DNA of 64,000 nt from Squalus acanthias (lineage: Eukaryota). This document shows positions 36,621 to 49,329 of the stretch, in pieces (position 1 is the first letter of the stretch; the number at the start of each line of letters is the position of its first letter). A program made the translations under genes and the position numbers. The notes under the pieces were generated by a model. That model was not told where the DNA came from. It ran no database searches and saw only the letters and a program-made list of their open reading frames with translations. Location: assembly GCA_030390025.1 (NCBI GenBank), contig JASTWF010000088.1:868001-932000 (forward strand). Reading direction: 5' to 3'.

Positions 36621-36896
36621 TTGCTCCGCAAGTATTTCCTTCTGTGGACAAGGCATCAGGTATTAAACCGACCGAATTCTCCTGCCTCGTCACAGGCTTT
36701 TACCCTCGCGATATCAAAGTCACCCTCCTGAGAAATGACGAGCCGATCACGGACACGGAGTCCAGTGGCATCTTGCCCAACCACGATGGCACCTACCAGC
36801 TCACGAGATGGGCTCAGATCGAGTTCAAGGATGGAGCCGCCTATTCCTGTCAGTATGAGCAGAGCAGCAAAGCAGGAGTAGAGATCCGAGACTGGG
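36621..36896 (+). CDS. MHC class I exon 4 (alpha3, C1-set Ig domain)
   Basis: Pyrimidine-rich CCCAG acceptor; VAPQVFP...FSCLVTGFYPRDI...LPNHDGTYQL...YSCQY...RDW; 276 nt, phase 1/1, GTAAGA donor. Confidence 0.96.
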
Positions 36897-36939
36897 GTAA
36901 GAGAAACAGCGGCTGCAGGGGCATTGTCTCTCTGTGAGT

Positions 36940-39900
36940 CTTAAAGATGTTTATAATCACCTCTCCTCATTTTGCCTTCTAAAATGCATCACTTCACACT
37001 TCTCTGCATTAAACTTCATCTGCCATGTGTCTGCCCATTTCACCAGCCTGTCTATGTCCTCCTGAAGTCTGTTACTGGCCTCCTCGTTGTTGTTTACTGC
37101 ACTTCTGAGTTTCGTGTCATCTGCAGACTTTGAAATTATGTCCTGTATACCCAAGTCCAGGTCATGAATATTCATCAAAAAGAGCCGTGATCCTAATACT
37201 GCCCCCTGGGGGACACCACTCCATACTTCCCTCCAGTCTGAGAAACAACCGTTCACCATTACTCTCTGCTTTCTGTCCCTTAGCCAATTTCGTATCCACG
37301 CTGCCACTGTCCCTTAATCCCATGGGCTTCAATTTTACTAGCAAGTCTATTATGTGGCACTTTATCAAACGCCTTTGAAAGTCCATATACACATCAACTG
37401 CACTACCCTCATCAAGTTTGTCAAACACTATTTGCCTTTAACAAATCGATGCTGGCTGTCAATTTATTAACCCATGTTTTTCCAAGTGACAGTTAATTTT
37501 GTCCCAGATTATTACATTAGCAAGAGAGGATATAGGTGATCAGCGGAGACTCTGGTTCAAATTGAGGAATAAGAGAGGACATAAAACTGGAATGGGAGTT
37601 GTCCAAAGGCCTCCTGATAGCAGCAATGAAGTGGCAGAATGTATTAATTCAGAGATTAGAGAGGCTTATAGCAAAAGCAGAGTAGTTTTAATGATTGGGA
37701 AGAGCAGAATAGCTCAAGTCAGAAAGGTAGTGAATTTCTTGAGTGCCTTCAAGATAGTTTTCTGGAACAGTATCTTCTAGAACCAACAAGAGGGCAGGCC
37801 ATCCTAGATTTAATAATGAGTCAGACATAGTTAATCTAACAATAAGGGAACATTTATCTAACAGTGACCATAATACGGTCAAATTCAATGTTAGGTCTGA
37901 AAAGGAGAAACGTAACAGTTACTAAGATTCTAGATTTTGGTACGGCTAACTTTAACGGGATGAGACAGAGACTGACGACAGCAAACTGGTCAAAACTCTT
38001 AGTGGGTGAAACTACAGAAGAACAGTGGGAGGTGTTCAAGAATGAATTCAGCGTGATACAGGACCAGTATATACTCCTAATGGACAAGAGCTCTACTTAC
38101 CAAATGAAACAGCCATGGTCGACAAAAGAGGTGAAAGATAACAAAATTAAAAGAAAGAGCAAAGAATAGTGTAGATCCAGGGGACTGGGAGCAATGTAAA
38201 GAACAGCAAAGGAAGACGAAGAAGATAGTAAGAGCTGCAAAATGGAATATGAAGCGAAACTTGCGCGGGATATCAATCATAGAATGGTTACAGCACAGAA
38301 GGAGGCCAATTGAGCCCGTGCCGGCTCTCTGCAAGAGCACTTCAGCTAGTCCCACTCCCCCGCCCTTTCCCTGTAGCCCTGCAAAAGTTTTTCCTTCAGT
38401 TACTTATCCAAGTCTCTTTTAAAAACCACGATTGAATCTGCCTCCACCACCCTCTCAGGCAGTGCATTCCAGGTCATAACCACTCGCTGCGTAAAAAAGT
38501 TTTTTCTCATGTCGCCTTTGGTTCTTCTGCCAGTCACCTTAAATCTGTGTCCTCTGGTTCTTGACCCTTCCGCCAATAGGAACAGTTTCTCTCTCTCTCT
38601 ACCCCATATGATCAAGATCAACACACAGTTTTTACAATTATATTCGTGAAAAATGGGCCCTTTTTTTTAAAAAGATGCGGGTAATATTGCAAATGAAAAT
38701 AAGAAAATTACAGATTTGTTGAATAATTACTTTGTCAGTTTTCACAGTAGAGGGAGAGCATACCTGATATTCCAGGGAAATTAATAATGAATCAAGGACT
38801 GGAACTCACTAATGTTAACGAAAGCAAGAAAACAGTATTAGAAAAAATAAATGGCACTAAAGGCTGACAAATCCCCGGAACCTGATGGTTTCCACCCCAG
38901 GGTTTTAAAGGAAGTAGGCGAGGAAACGGCAGATGCTTTAGCCATAATCTTCCAAAGCACTCTCGATTCAGGAATTCCCCTACAGATTGGGAAATTACAA
39001 ATTTAACTCCATTATTGAAGAAAGGTGAGTGAGAAACCAGGAAATTGTAGACCTGTTGATCTAAATTTGAGCTGATTAGAGAGCCAGCATGGATTTGTAA
39101 AGGGGACGTCATGTCTAACGAACCTAATTGAATTTATTGAGGAAATAACTAAAGTAGCAGACAGGGGAATGTCTATTGATGTAGTTTGTATGGACTTCCA
39201 GAAGGCATTCGATATGGTTCCACATAAGAGACTTATTAAAGCTCATGGAATTGAAGGCATATTATTGGCCTGGTTAGGAGATTGGTTAGCTGGTCAAACA
39301 CAGAGAGTAGGGATAATGGGTATGTACTCTAATTGGAAGGATGTGACTAGTGGTGTCCCACAAGGATCGATGCTGAGGCTTCAACTGTTCACTGTATTTA
39401 TTAATAACTTCGATAACGCAATAGAGAGCCATATAACTCTGCCTAAGAGAGAGAGATCCAAGTTTATTCCAATGATACAAAGAGCATAAAATTAAAAAGA
39501 GACATTGATAGATAGTGAGTGGGCAAAACCGTGGCAGATGGATTTTAATGCAAGTAAGTGTGAAGTCATCCATTTTGGACCAAAAAAGGATAGATCCTTT
39601 TAAATGGTGAAACATCTTGGTTAGGACCACATCTTGTACAGTTCTGGTTACCGCACCTTCAGAAAGGATATATTGGTCTTGGAAATAATGCAGCGCATAT
39701 TCACCAGAATGTTACCAGGGTTAGATTATGAGGCGAGATTAAATAAACTAGGCTTGTATTCCCTGGAATATAGAAGGTTAAGGGGTGATTTTTTGTGAAT
39801 TTGTTTTTTTAGGATTTTGAACCAAATTGATAGGGCCATAGAGAAACTTTTTGCTGGCGGGGTAGTCTTGGACAAGGGGACATAACCATACAATCAGAGC

Positions 39901-40035
39901 CAGGCCATTCAGGAGAGAAGTTAGGAAACACTTCTTCATGCAGAGGGTGGTAGAAGTGTGCAACTCTCTCCCACAAAAAGCAGTAGATGCTAGTTCAATT
40001 AATTTTAAATCTGAGATTTTTGCTGGCCAAGGGTA
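36940..40035. mobile_element. Cluster of degenerate CR1 fragments (minus 36940-37500, plus 37500-40035 with a minus insert at ~38277-38620)
   Basis: Fragmented CR1 RT and endonuclease motifs (SGVPQG, DFQKAFD, SADDTK). Confidence 0.8.
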
Positions 40036-40186
40036 TGAATTTAAGAAAACTGCGCGTCGTTCGCTTGCGTAGTAACAAAGTCAACCTTTGGTTCTGGTTA
40101 CAATACTTTTTTATTCTTGCTTCAGCGCACAGTAGTTACGCAGACAGAGTACAATTACATGTAGGTATGCATTCCTTACATTGTAC

Positions 40187-43100
40187 TGTTGAGGCTGCCG
40201 CGAAACACGAATGGAGGCTGAATCCATATGTGGAAAACAAGAAGCTTTTATTCACTGCATGGCAAAACAAAATGTCTGAGAAAGCTGCTCCCAGAATTCT
40301 CTGGGTAAACTCCCAGAATTCTCTGGGTAAAACCTGAGGCCCCGCCCCCTTCTGCCTTAAAGGGAAGGGGCTGGAAATTTGTCCACAGACGGAAGAGTGG
40401 ATTATGCCGGTTTTAGGTGGCGATCCGCCACACAGCTCCCCACAGAATCCGCTTAGGAGGTGCGGACGAGACGGTGCGGCGGTCTGATGGGCCGGCCGGA
40501 GCGGCTCTTGTAGGACGCCGGTGGACGTGGGATGGCCGGGCGTGGAGTAGCCGGGTGAACCGGCTTGAGGGCAGGTCGGCCGCGTGGAGGTGGACAAGTT
40601 ACAGGGACCTGCTCCCCGGGCTCCGAGTGTGCTGGCTTGAGTCGGTCCACCGACACTTTTTCGGTCCTGTCGCCCACTTGCAGGGTGAAAAATTTGTCCC
40701 CAGCCTGTAGCACCTTGTAGGACCCGTCGTACGGGGGTTGAAGGGGTCCGCGGTGGGCGTCGTGCCGGACGAAAATGAACCGTGCCTGGTGCAGGCTTAG
40801 TGGGACGTGTGAGGTGGATTCGCCGTGTCGGGCAATGGGCACCGGGGCGAACTGCAGCGCCGGTGAGGCGAAGTTGTGGCGTTACTGGTCGGCTGACCAG
40901 GGTGTCGTGGCGGTGGGCAGGAACTCGCCGGGTACGCGCAGCGGCTGACCGTACACGAGCTCTGCTGCCGATGCGTGAAGGTCTTCTTTAACCGCGGTGC
41001 GCAGGCCAAGGAGGACCCACGGAAGTCGGTCACTCCAGGCGCCATCTTGGAGGCTGGCTCGAAGAGATGCCTTCAAGGATCTGTGGAATCGCTCACACAG
41101 TCCATTGGCTTGGGGGTGGTACGCTGTGGTGCAGTGGATGGTCACCCCGAGATTGCGTGCGACGGCGGTCCAGAGTTCAGAGGTAAATTGCGGACCTCTG
41201 TCCGACGTCATGTCGGAGGGGACGCCGAACCGTGCGACCCAGGTGCTGACGAAGGCTCTGGCGATGTCGGCAGTGGTGGTAGAGGTCAGTGGAATTGCCT
41301 CAGGCCAGCGTGTGGTGCGGTCAACGATGGTCAGCAAGTGCGTGTGGCCTTGCGACGGCGGCAGGGGCCCGACGATGTCCACGTGGATGTGGTCGAATCT
41401 CCGCGAGGGGACGGTAAACTCCTCGAGGGGTGCTTTCGTGTGTTGCTGTACCTTGGCCCGTTGGCAGGATAGGCAGGAGTTGGCCCAAGTACGCACATCC
41501 TTGCAAAGGCCGCGCCAGACAAAGCGGTTGGCTACCAATTTGATGGATGCGCGGGCGCCGGGGTGGGAGAGGTTGTGGAGAATGTCGAATATCCGGCGGC
41601 GCCAGGACGCTGGGACGACGGGCCGAGGTTGACATAGGGGTATGTCGCACTTGACCGTGACTGCGGTCGGGCCACAGGCGACGTCGGCCAGGCGTAGCCC
41701 TGGTAGGTTGGTGGGTGCGGAGAGCAGATCCGGGTCGGTGATCTGGTCTGCTGTAAGTTGAGCGTAGTCGACTGCTAGGTGTGCGGCGTGGATGGCGGGG
41801 CGGAAGAGGCAGTCGGCTACCACATTGTCTCGGCCGGAGACGTGTTGGATGTCCGTGGTGAACTCGGACACTGCCGCGAGCTGGCGCTGCTGCCTGGCGG
41901 ACCAGGGGTCGGTTGTCTTTGCCATTGCGAATGTCAGGGGCTTGTGGTCGACAAACGCAGTGAAGGGGTGGCCCTCAAGCAAAAACCGGAAATGGCGGAC
42001 CGCCAGGAACAGCGCGAGGAGCTTGCGGTCGAAGGTGCTGTACTTGACCTCCAGGGGGCGTAGTTGGCGGCTGAAGAAGGCAAGTGGTTGCCAGGCGCCG
42101 TCGACCCACGGCGCCAACCGCGTGGTCGGAGGCGTCCGTGGTGAGCGCTACCCTGGCATTGGGCCGTGGGTGCGCGAGCAGGGTGGCGTTGGCGAGCGCG
42201 GTCTTGGTGAAATCGAAGGCGGCGGACGCATCTGCCGTCCATTCGACCGCCATCTTGCCGCTCCTGCCCCGGAGGGCTTCATACAGGGGCCTCATGAGGG
42301 ACGCCGCTTTGGGGATGAAGCGGTTATAGAAATTCACCATCCCGAGGAACTCCTGGAGGCCTTTGATGGTGGTGGGGCGGGGAAATTGTTGGACGGCCTG
42401 CACCTTGGTGGGCAGGGAATGGCCCCAGCATGGGTGATGTGGTGGCCGAGGAAGTCGATCTTGTCCAGGCCGAACTGGCATTTGGCTGGGCTGAGGATGA
42501 GCCCGTGGTCGCTGAGGCGCCCGAACAGGATGCGAAGGTGTTCGAGGTGTTCCTGCTTGGAGGAACTGGCTACCAGGATGTCGTCCAGGTAGACGAACAG
42601 GAACTTCAGGTCCCGAAGGACTGAGTCCATGAGCCGTTGGAATGCCTGGGCCGCGTTTTTGAGGCCGAAGGGCATCCGCAGGAACTCGAACAGGCCGAAG
42701 GGGGTGATTACGGCCGTCTTGGGGACATCCGCGGGGTGGACGGGGACTTGGTGGTAGCCGCGCACCAGGTCGACCTTGGAAAAGACTGAGCGGCCAGCCA
42801 GTCTAGCCGAGAAGTTCTGAATGTGCGGCACGGGGTACCGATCAGGGGTGGTGGCGTCATTGAGGCGGCGGTAATCCCCGCAGGGGCGCCAACCCCCGCC
42901 TGGTTTGGGGGCGATGTGGAGTGAGGAGGCCCAGGGACTGTTGGAGTGGCGGATGATGCCGAGCTGTTCCATGGTGGCAAACTCGGTCCGCGCGATCTCC
43001 AGTTTGGCCGGGTCCAGCCTGCGGGCGTGGGCGTACACTGGGGGGCCTGTGGTGGGGATGAAGTGTTCCACCCCGTGTTTGGCGGCCTCCGCGGAGAAGG

Positions 43101-44539
43101 TCGGATTGGTAAGGGCCGGGAATTCGGCCAGGAGTGCCGAGTAGTCATCCGTGGCCCAGGCGTGGCACTGTGACGCCATGTCGGCGGGTTGACGGGGTGC
43201 CATGGCGCCCAGGATGGGGGACATGGTGTTCATGTCCATGAGGCGGTGACGAGGGATGTCTACCAGTAGGCCGTGGGCGCACAGGAAATCTGCACCGATG
43301 AGGGGGGAGAGCACCTTGGCAGTGATGAACTCCCATCAGTAGCGGTGACCAGCGAGGTCGAGGGTGACTGTCCGGGTGCCATACGTCCAGATTTCCGAGC
43401 CGTTAGCAGCAGCCAGCGCCGGTCCTCGTTCGCCCTTTTGGATGTCGAGGGAGGAGGCCGGGATGATGCTGTGCTGAGCCCCAGTGTCGCACAGGAACCG
43501 GCGGCCGGTTTTGTCATCCGTGACGAACAACAGGGAGCCCGCGTGGCCCACGGCCATCGCGGGGGCTGGAACGGGGGCGGACTTGAAAGAGCAAGGAGGT
43601 GTGCACCGTTGTGCCCTGGCGCCGAACTGTGCGTGGTAGTAACAGTGGCCCCGGTTAGTGGGGCGTGAAGGCCCCGTGGGCCTGGTGACAGGCCCTTGTG
43701 GCCGCGGGCTGGATGGTGAGGGGCGCGCCCAGGCATTGGCTGCCAGGTCCGGAGTGACGTCGCGGCTGGAGTGAGCGGACAGCAGCTTGTCGGCCTCATC
43801 GGCCAGGGCTTCCAGGTTCGTGAGGCCGGACGCCACGATCGCTGGGCGAATGCTGAGAGGGAGCTGGCGGATGAACAGCGTGCGGAAGAGGGATCCGGGT
43901 GGGCTCTCGTCGGTGAGGGAGAGCATGTGGGAGAGGAGGTCTGACGGTGAGGCATCACCGAGGCCTGGAAGGTCGAGGAGGTGGCAGTCTCGCTGATATG
44001 CCGAGGCCGTAAATTTTTTAAGGAGCGCTGTTCTGAGATGTGCGTACTTGCCTTCCTCAGGTGGGTTCTGCAGCGTTGTCCAAATCTTGGAAACTGCGAC
44101 GCTACTGAGTGATGTGACGAGATAGTCGTACTTCGTCCCATCTGTGGTGATATTTCGCAGCCGGAAGCGAGATTCAGCTTGGAGAAACCAGGCTTCGGGC
44201 TGCTTTTCCCAAAACTCCGGCAGTTTCACGGAAACTGCGTTCGTGTCCACCATTGCAGTGCTCGGAATACGTTCTGAGCGTCGGGGACACCAATGTTGAG
44301 GCTGCCGCGAAACACGAATGGAGGCTGAATCCATATGTGGAAAACAAGAAGCTTTTATTCACTGCATGGCAAAACAAAATGTCTGAGAAAGCTGCTCCCA
44401 GAATTCTCTGGGTAAACTCCCAGAATTCTCTGGGTAAAACCTGAGGCCCCGCCCCCTTCTGCCTTAAAGGGAAGGGGCTGGAAATTTGTCCACAGACGGA
44501 AGAGTGGATTATGCCCGTTTTAGGTGGCGATCCGCCACA
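40187..44539 (-). mobile_element. Full-length Ty3/Gypsy LTR retrotransposon
   Basis: 246-bp TG..CA LTRs at 40187-40432 and 44294-44539 (one mismatch seen), TSD GTAC, PBS TGGTGTCCCCGACG (tRNA-Trp-like), gag-PR-RT-RH-IN order. Confidence 0.96.
40453..44252 (-). pseudogene. Gypsy gag-pol, disrupted by 2 in-frame stops and 2 frameshifts
   Basis: Gag VKLPEFW, protease FLCDTGA, RT YLDD, RNase H TDAS, integrase HIHVDIVGP/SDRGPQF/ERFHRSLK; stops at ~43336 and ~40882, shifts at ~42420 and ~42120. Confidence 0.92.
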
Positions 44540-46039
44540 GTACCATCTATTGTTAGTGGACATAAGCGATTTATACATTCCCAATGTGGGTGTTGAGGAA
44601 AATCCTTTCTGTCTCCTATTGGTCCTTTTTTATTGCTACAGCACCTTGTATGGGTTTTCTCCCTTCAGTGGTTTTTGACTTGCCAGGACTTGCCTTTTCC
44701 TTTCTGTCCCTGTATCAACATCCCTTACTTTGTTTTTCAACTTCGTGGGCTGCCTCTTAAAGGTTGTTGCACTTCCCTAAAATGGTGGCCACCCCATTCC
44801 CATTACTATTTCATAACATAAGAACATAAGAATTTGGAGCAGGAGTGGGCCATACGGACCCTCGAGCCTGCTCCGCCATTCAATAAGATCATGGCTGATC
44901 TTCAACCTCAACTCCACTTTCCTGCCTGATCTCCGTATCCCTTGATTCCTCAAGAGTTCAAAAATCTATCTATCTTAGCTTTAACTATACTCAACGATTC
45001 AGCATCCACAGCCCTTTTGGGTAGAGAATTCCAAAGATTCACACCCCTCCTGAGTGAAGAAATTCCTCCTCAACTCAGTCTTAAATGGCCGACCCCTTAT
45101 CCTGAGAGTATGCTCCCTCGTTCTAGACTCTCCAGCCAGGGGAAACAACCTCTTAGTATCTACCCTGTCAATCCCCCTCAGAATCTTGTATGTTTCAATG
45201 AGATCACCCCTCTTCTAAACTCCAGAGAGTAAAGGCCCATTCTACCCAATCTCTCCTCATAGGACAGCCCTCTCATCCCAGGAATCAATCTAGTGAGCCT
45301 TTGTTGCACCGTCTCCAAGGCAAGTATATCCTTCCTCAGATAAGGAGACCAAAACTATACACAGTACTCCAATACCATGTGCAATTGTAGCAAGACTTCC
45401 TTACTCTTGTACTTCAACCCCCTTGCAATAAAGGCCAACATGCCATTTGCCTTCCTAATTGCATGCTGTACCTGCATCTTTTACTCTCTGTTTCCTGTAC
45501 AAGGACACCTAAATCTTTCTGAACACCAACATTTAATAGTTTCTCCCGATTTAAAAAATATTCTGTTTTTCTATTCTTCCTACCAAAGTGAATAACCTCA
45601 CATTTCCCCACATTATACTCCATCTGCCACCTTACTCACTTACTCTGTCCATATCCCTTTGCAACCTTTGCAGGCTCTTTGGGGGAAAAATTAGGTCGCG
45701 CCCCGTTTGGGGCGCAAATATCGTCTGGACGCAAATATTAGCGCCTGGCGCTAATTATCGCCACTGACTGGAAACTTCACTTTTACCGCCCCGGGAGGTG
45801 AGTGGAGCGCTAAATCAGGCGCTGCACACCTGTCTTAAGGCGCAAAGGCCGAGCAGTGAGGCGCTAACTCAGCGCGCGAGCGCAGCGCAGGTGCTGCCAG
45901 TTAGCGAGGGAACACAGACACACTGGCGCCGGTCAGTTCTTAAAGCGGGGGGTGCCAACTTGCTCCCCAGCCACACCCTGCTCATTGCAGCCTTGAATCT
46001 CGGCCTGGAGAGACCTGTGAATCTATTTTGCTGCCAAGG

Positions 46040-47859
46040 ATGGAGAGGGTGAGAGAACGAGCTCAGCGCTTCACCGAGCGGGCCTTGGATGCTCTGGTTG
46101 GCGCGGTGGAGCGCAGAAGATGTATACTCTTCCCTGAGAGTGGCAGGAGGCCTTTGCCACGCGAGTACAGAAGAGTGTGGAGGGAGGTGGCTCAGAGCGT
46201 CTCCTCCAGGAGCATGGTGCCCAGGACCCATGTTCAATGCCGCAAAAAGTTCAACGACCTCACTCGGGTCGTCAGGGTGAGTGGCTTTTTCTCAATACCT
46301 CTCCATCCCTCCATCTCAACCTCACTCTATGGCCAGAGGGTCTTAAAACCCCAATGCACAACACTCATCCAACACCTATGGCCCTTTCATGAAACACACA
46401 CACACATTCCACACTTTGCATACAGTAAGGGCTATTCACCTATGGGAGGCACATCAGGCAAGACCATGGCTGTATACAGTAAGGGCTATTCACCTATGGG
46501 AGGCACATCAGGCAAGACCATGGCTGTATATTTACTCAGATGCTGTCCTTTTTCTTGCAGGCCAAGCTGGCGCATAATAGGAGACAGCAGCAACGGACAG
46601 GTGGAGGGCAGCCTCAGCTGCAACCCCTCAGCGATCTTGAGGAGCGCGTCCACAGGATTGTGGCAAGCCGGGTGATCGGTCCCGTCGCCACTGGAGACGC
46701 CGACCCCGTTCTGGACAGCAATGGTAAGGTCATCACCTTTTTGTCCTCTGTCCTTCCACTTGTCCCTCACAACACCAGCCTTTGACACTTTCAATCCAAC
46801 TTGCTAACTCGCTGCACTTATTCCTCCCTTACTGCCACCCTGTCCTCACGCTAAAGCCACTCTTGTACCTCCCTGCTTTCAGATGGTGATTCACCAGCTG
46901 AGGAGACGGGCCCTGAAGCTGCCAGTGGGAGTGAAGCTGCAGCTGAGGAGGAAGAGGAAGCCGGAGCATCAGTGCCACCCTCTCCCGAGGAAGCCCATGC
47001 CCACACTGGGAACACGCCTTCCCTGGAGGGGAGCAGGGGGGAAGGGTCTGATGAGGGTGAAGCTCCAGGACCCAGTGGGCTGCAGCAACGCCATGGGGGT
47101 AGGGAAGAACAGGGGTCTTCTCCCCAGAGGGAGAGTATGCCAGCGACTCCTACTGCAATGGACGCAGAGGAGGAGCGGCTGATCGCAGAAATGAACACCC
47201 AGGCGGTGGGCATGCACACTGAGCTCATGGGTGCAGTGGGAAGGGTGCCCGAATGCATTGAGTCACTGGCAAGGAGTGTGGAGCACTTCGCTGTAGCACA
47301 GGCGGATGCCACACTAACGCTTAGTGCTGCAATTCAGTCACTGACTGCCGTGATCCCATCTCTGACTGCTCTCATGCAGACTCAGATTGAGGCCACGCGA
47401 GCACTGACTGCTGCCAACCTCGATGGTTCGTTCACATGTCCCCGGGGCTCTCACCGCGCCGCAGCAGGCCAGCAATCTGTGCTCCAGCAGATTGCTCCGG
47501 ATGCTGAAGTGCTGCCCCGTGGGAGTGCCAGTGTGTCGGGCGAGCAGGGAGTTGCTGTCCTCTCTCACGATGACAGCATCCCTGCTGCCAACACTGTCAC
47601 TTCTCCACTGCACTTGCCACTGCCTGTAGGACAGACTGCTGCCGCCGATGCAGAGTTGGTGCAGTCTGCAGCCGGGCCCTCCAGGCCCAGAACTGGTCAA
47701 GGCCGTCCTTCAGGGGCATCTGCAGTGTCAGGGTCTAACGATCAGCAGCCTTCCACCAGCCTTGCTGCAGCCACTGAGGTCCCATTACGGAGGAGCAGTA
47801 GGGTTAGAAGGGGGGAAGTGCGCAAGGGAAGGAGATCACCCTCGAAGGGCAAAAAGTAG
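46040..47859 (+). CDS. Harbinger Myb/SANT-like protein, 3 exons (46040-46276, 46561-46723, 46883-47859), 458 aa
   Basis: AGG|GTGAGT, TTGCAG|GCC, AATG|GTAAGG and TTTCAG|AT junctions give one continuous frame. Confidence 0.88.
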
Positions 47860-48186
47860 GAGGTGTGACAAAATGCTGGTCATTTTTTTATTAAAGGCCG
47901 AGGTTCGTGGTCCAACTTTTGTTTAGTGTTTTGGACATTATCTCCAGGTTGTGAGAACCAGTTATGTTAATGACTTTTTTTGTGTTTATTTCTATGAGTT
48001 TGTCATGAGGAAATGACACACACAGAGTTTGTAAAATAAATAAGTTTTTGTATTCAAAATATACATGTTTGGTGTTTGGAATCATTGGTGCCTTGGCCGG
48101 CTTAGGGGTTGCGTGCTGGGTTCATTGATGTTGTTAGCAATGGCAGAAGCCATTTCCACAGCAGGGGCCCTAGAAGCGGCTTGCTA

Positions 48187-49329
48187 TCAGCCGTTGACGG
48201 ACGGCCCTTGCAGTTTCACCATTGTGGGCCGCCCTCCCGCCTTGGTGCTGCTGATGATCATCCTCCTCGTCCTCTTCCTCCTCTTCCTCCTCCTCCTCTG
48301 GTGGTGCTCCAAGGCCTGGTGCCATTTGCTGGGTCTGACGATTGCCATCTTATGCAACATGCAGCACACAACTACGAAGTTGGATACTCGCTCAGGCGAG
48401 TACTGCAGGGCTCCTCCAGAATGGTCGAGACAGCGGAACCGTTGCTTCAGCACGCCGATTGTGCGCTCAATGATGTTCCTGGTAGCTTGATGGCTCTCAT
48501 TGTACCGCAGCTCAGCAGGGGTGTTGGGCGTACGGAGCGGTGTCATCAGCCAGGTGCTCAATGGATACCCCTTGTCCCCGAGAAGCCAACCAACTGGCTG
48601 ATGCGGTGCCTCGAAAAGTTCTGCCACAGTAGTCTGGCGCAGGATGAAAGCATCGTGGCAGCTGCCAGGATAGTGGGCATTGACAGCGAGTATCAGCTGT
48701 CTATGGTCACAGACCAACTGAACATTCAAGGAATGGAACCCCTTTCTGTTCCGGAATTCCTCGGCATTCTCATGTGGAGCACGCAAAGCCACATGCGTGC
48801 AGTCAATGGCGCCCTGCACCATGGGGAAGCCCGCTATCCTCGCAAAGCCCAGAGCGCGGTCACGCTGCTTGTCTGGGGTCATGGGGAAAGAGATGAACTC
48901 TCGTCTCCTTTTAAAGAGGGCATTTGTGACCTGCCGGATGCAGCAATGCACCGCGAACTGGGAGATATTGGCGAGGTCCCCAGCAGCAGCTTGAAATGAG
49001 CCAGTAGCATAGAAGTTGAGAGCCACTGTGACCTTCACTGCCACCGACAGAGACGTCCTGGACCTCAGTTGAGGCTGCAGATCTGGCTGCAGCAGGTGGC
49101 AGAGCTCAGTGACCACCTCCTTGCTGAATCGCAGCCTTCGCAAACACAGCTCCTCAGACATATGAATGTAGGAGAGCTGTTCACGATATACCCTGGGAGG
49201 GTAAGCTCTCCTGTACATACGCCTGTTGGCCCTCCTCCGTCTGGCCATCATTGCCACTCTCTCTCTGCGTCTCTGTGTCCTCCGATTCAGCTGGAGCAGG
49301 ACGACGCCCCCAATCAGTGCAGCCCCCAT
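48187..49329 (-). CDS. Harbinger transposase copy 2 with a 1-bp deletion after the catalytic core
   Basis: Same DDE motifs as copy 1; CAGGACC to CAGACC at ~48338 shifts the acidic tail into a basic one. Confidence 0.85.
   Translation of the reverse strand: MGAALIGGVVLLQLNRRTQRRRERVAMMARRRRANRRMYRRAYPPRVYREQLSYIHMSEELCLRRLRFSKEVVTELCHLLQPDLQPQLRSRTSLSVAVKVTVALNFYATGSFQAAAGDLANISQFAVHCCIRQVTNALFKRRREFISFPMTPDKQRDRALGFARIAGFPMVQGAIDCTHVALRAPHENAEEFRNRKGFHSLNVQLVCDHRQLILAVNAHYPGSCHDAFILRQTTVAELFEAPHQPVGWLLGDKGYPLSTWLMTPLRTPNTPAELRYNESHQATRNIIERTIGVLKQRFRCLDHSGGALQYSPERVSNFVVVCCMLHKMAIVRPSKWHQALEHHQRRRRKRRKRTRRMIISSTKAGGRPTMVKLQGPSVNG

Larger units (their letters stand above)
40036..44813 (-). 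mobile_element. Solo-type LTR (40036-40186 plus 44544-44813) of the same family as the LTR at ~56857, split by the Gypsy element
   Basis: TGAA...TTCA termini; clear similarity to 56857-57517; no TSD recognised. Confidence 0.65.
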
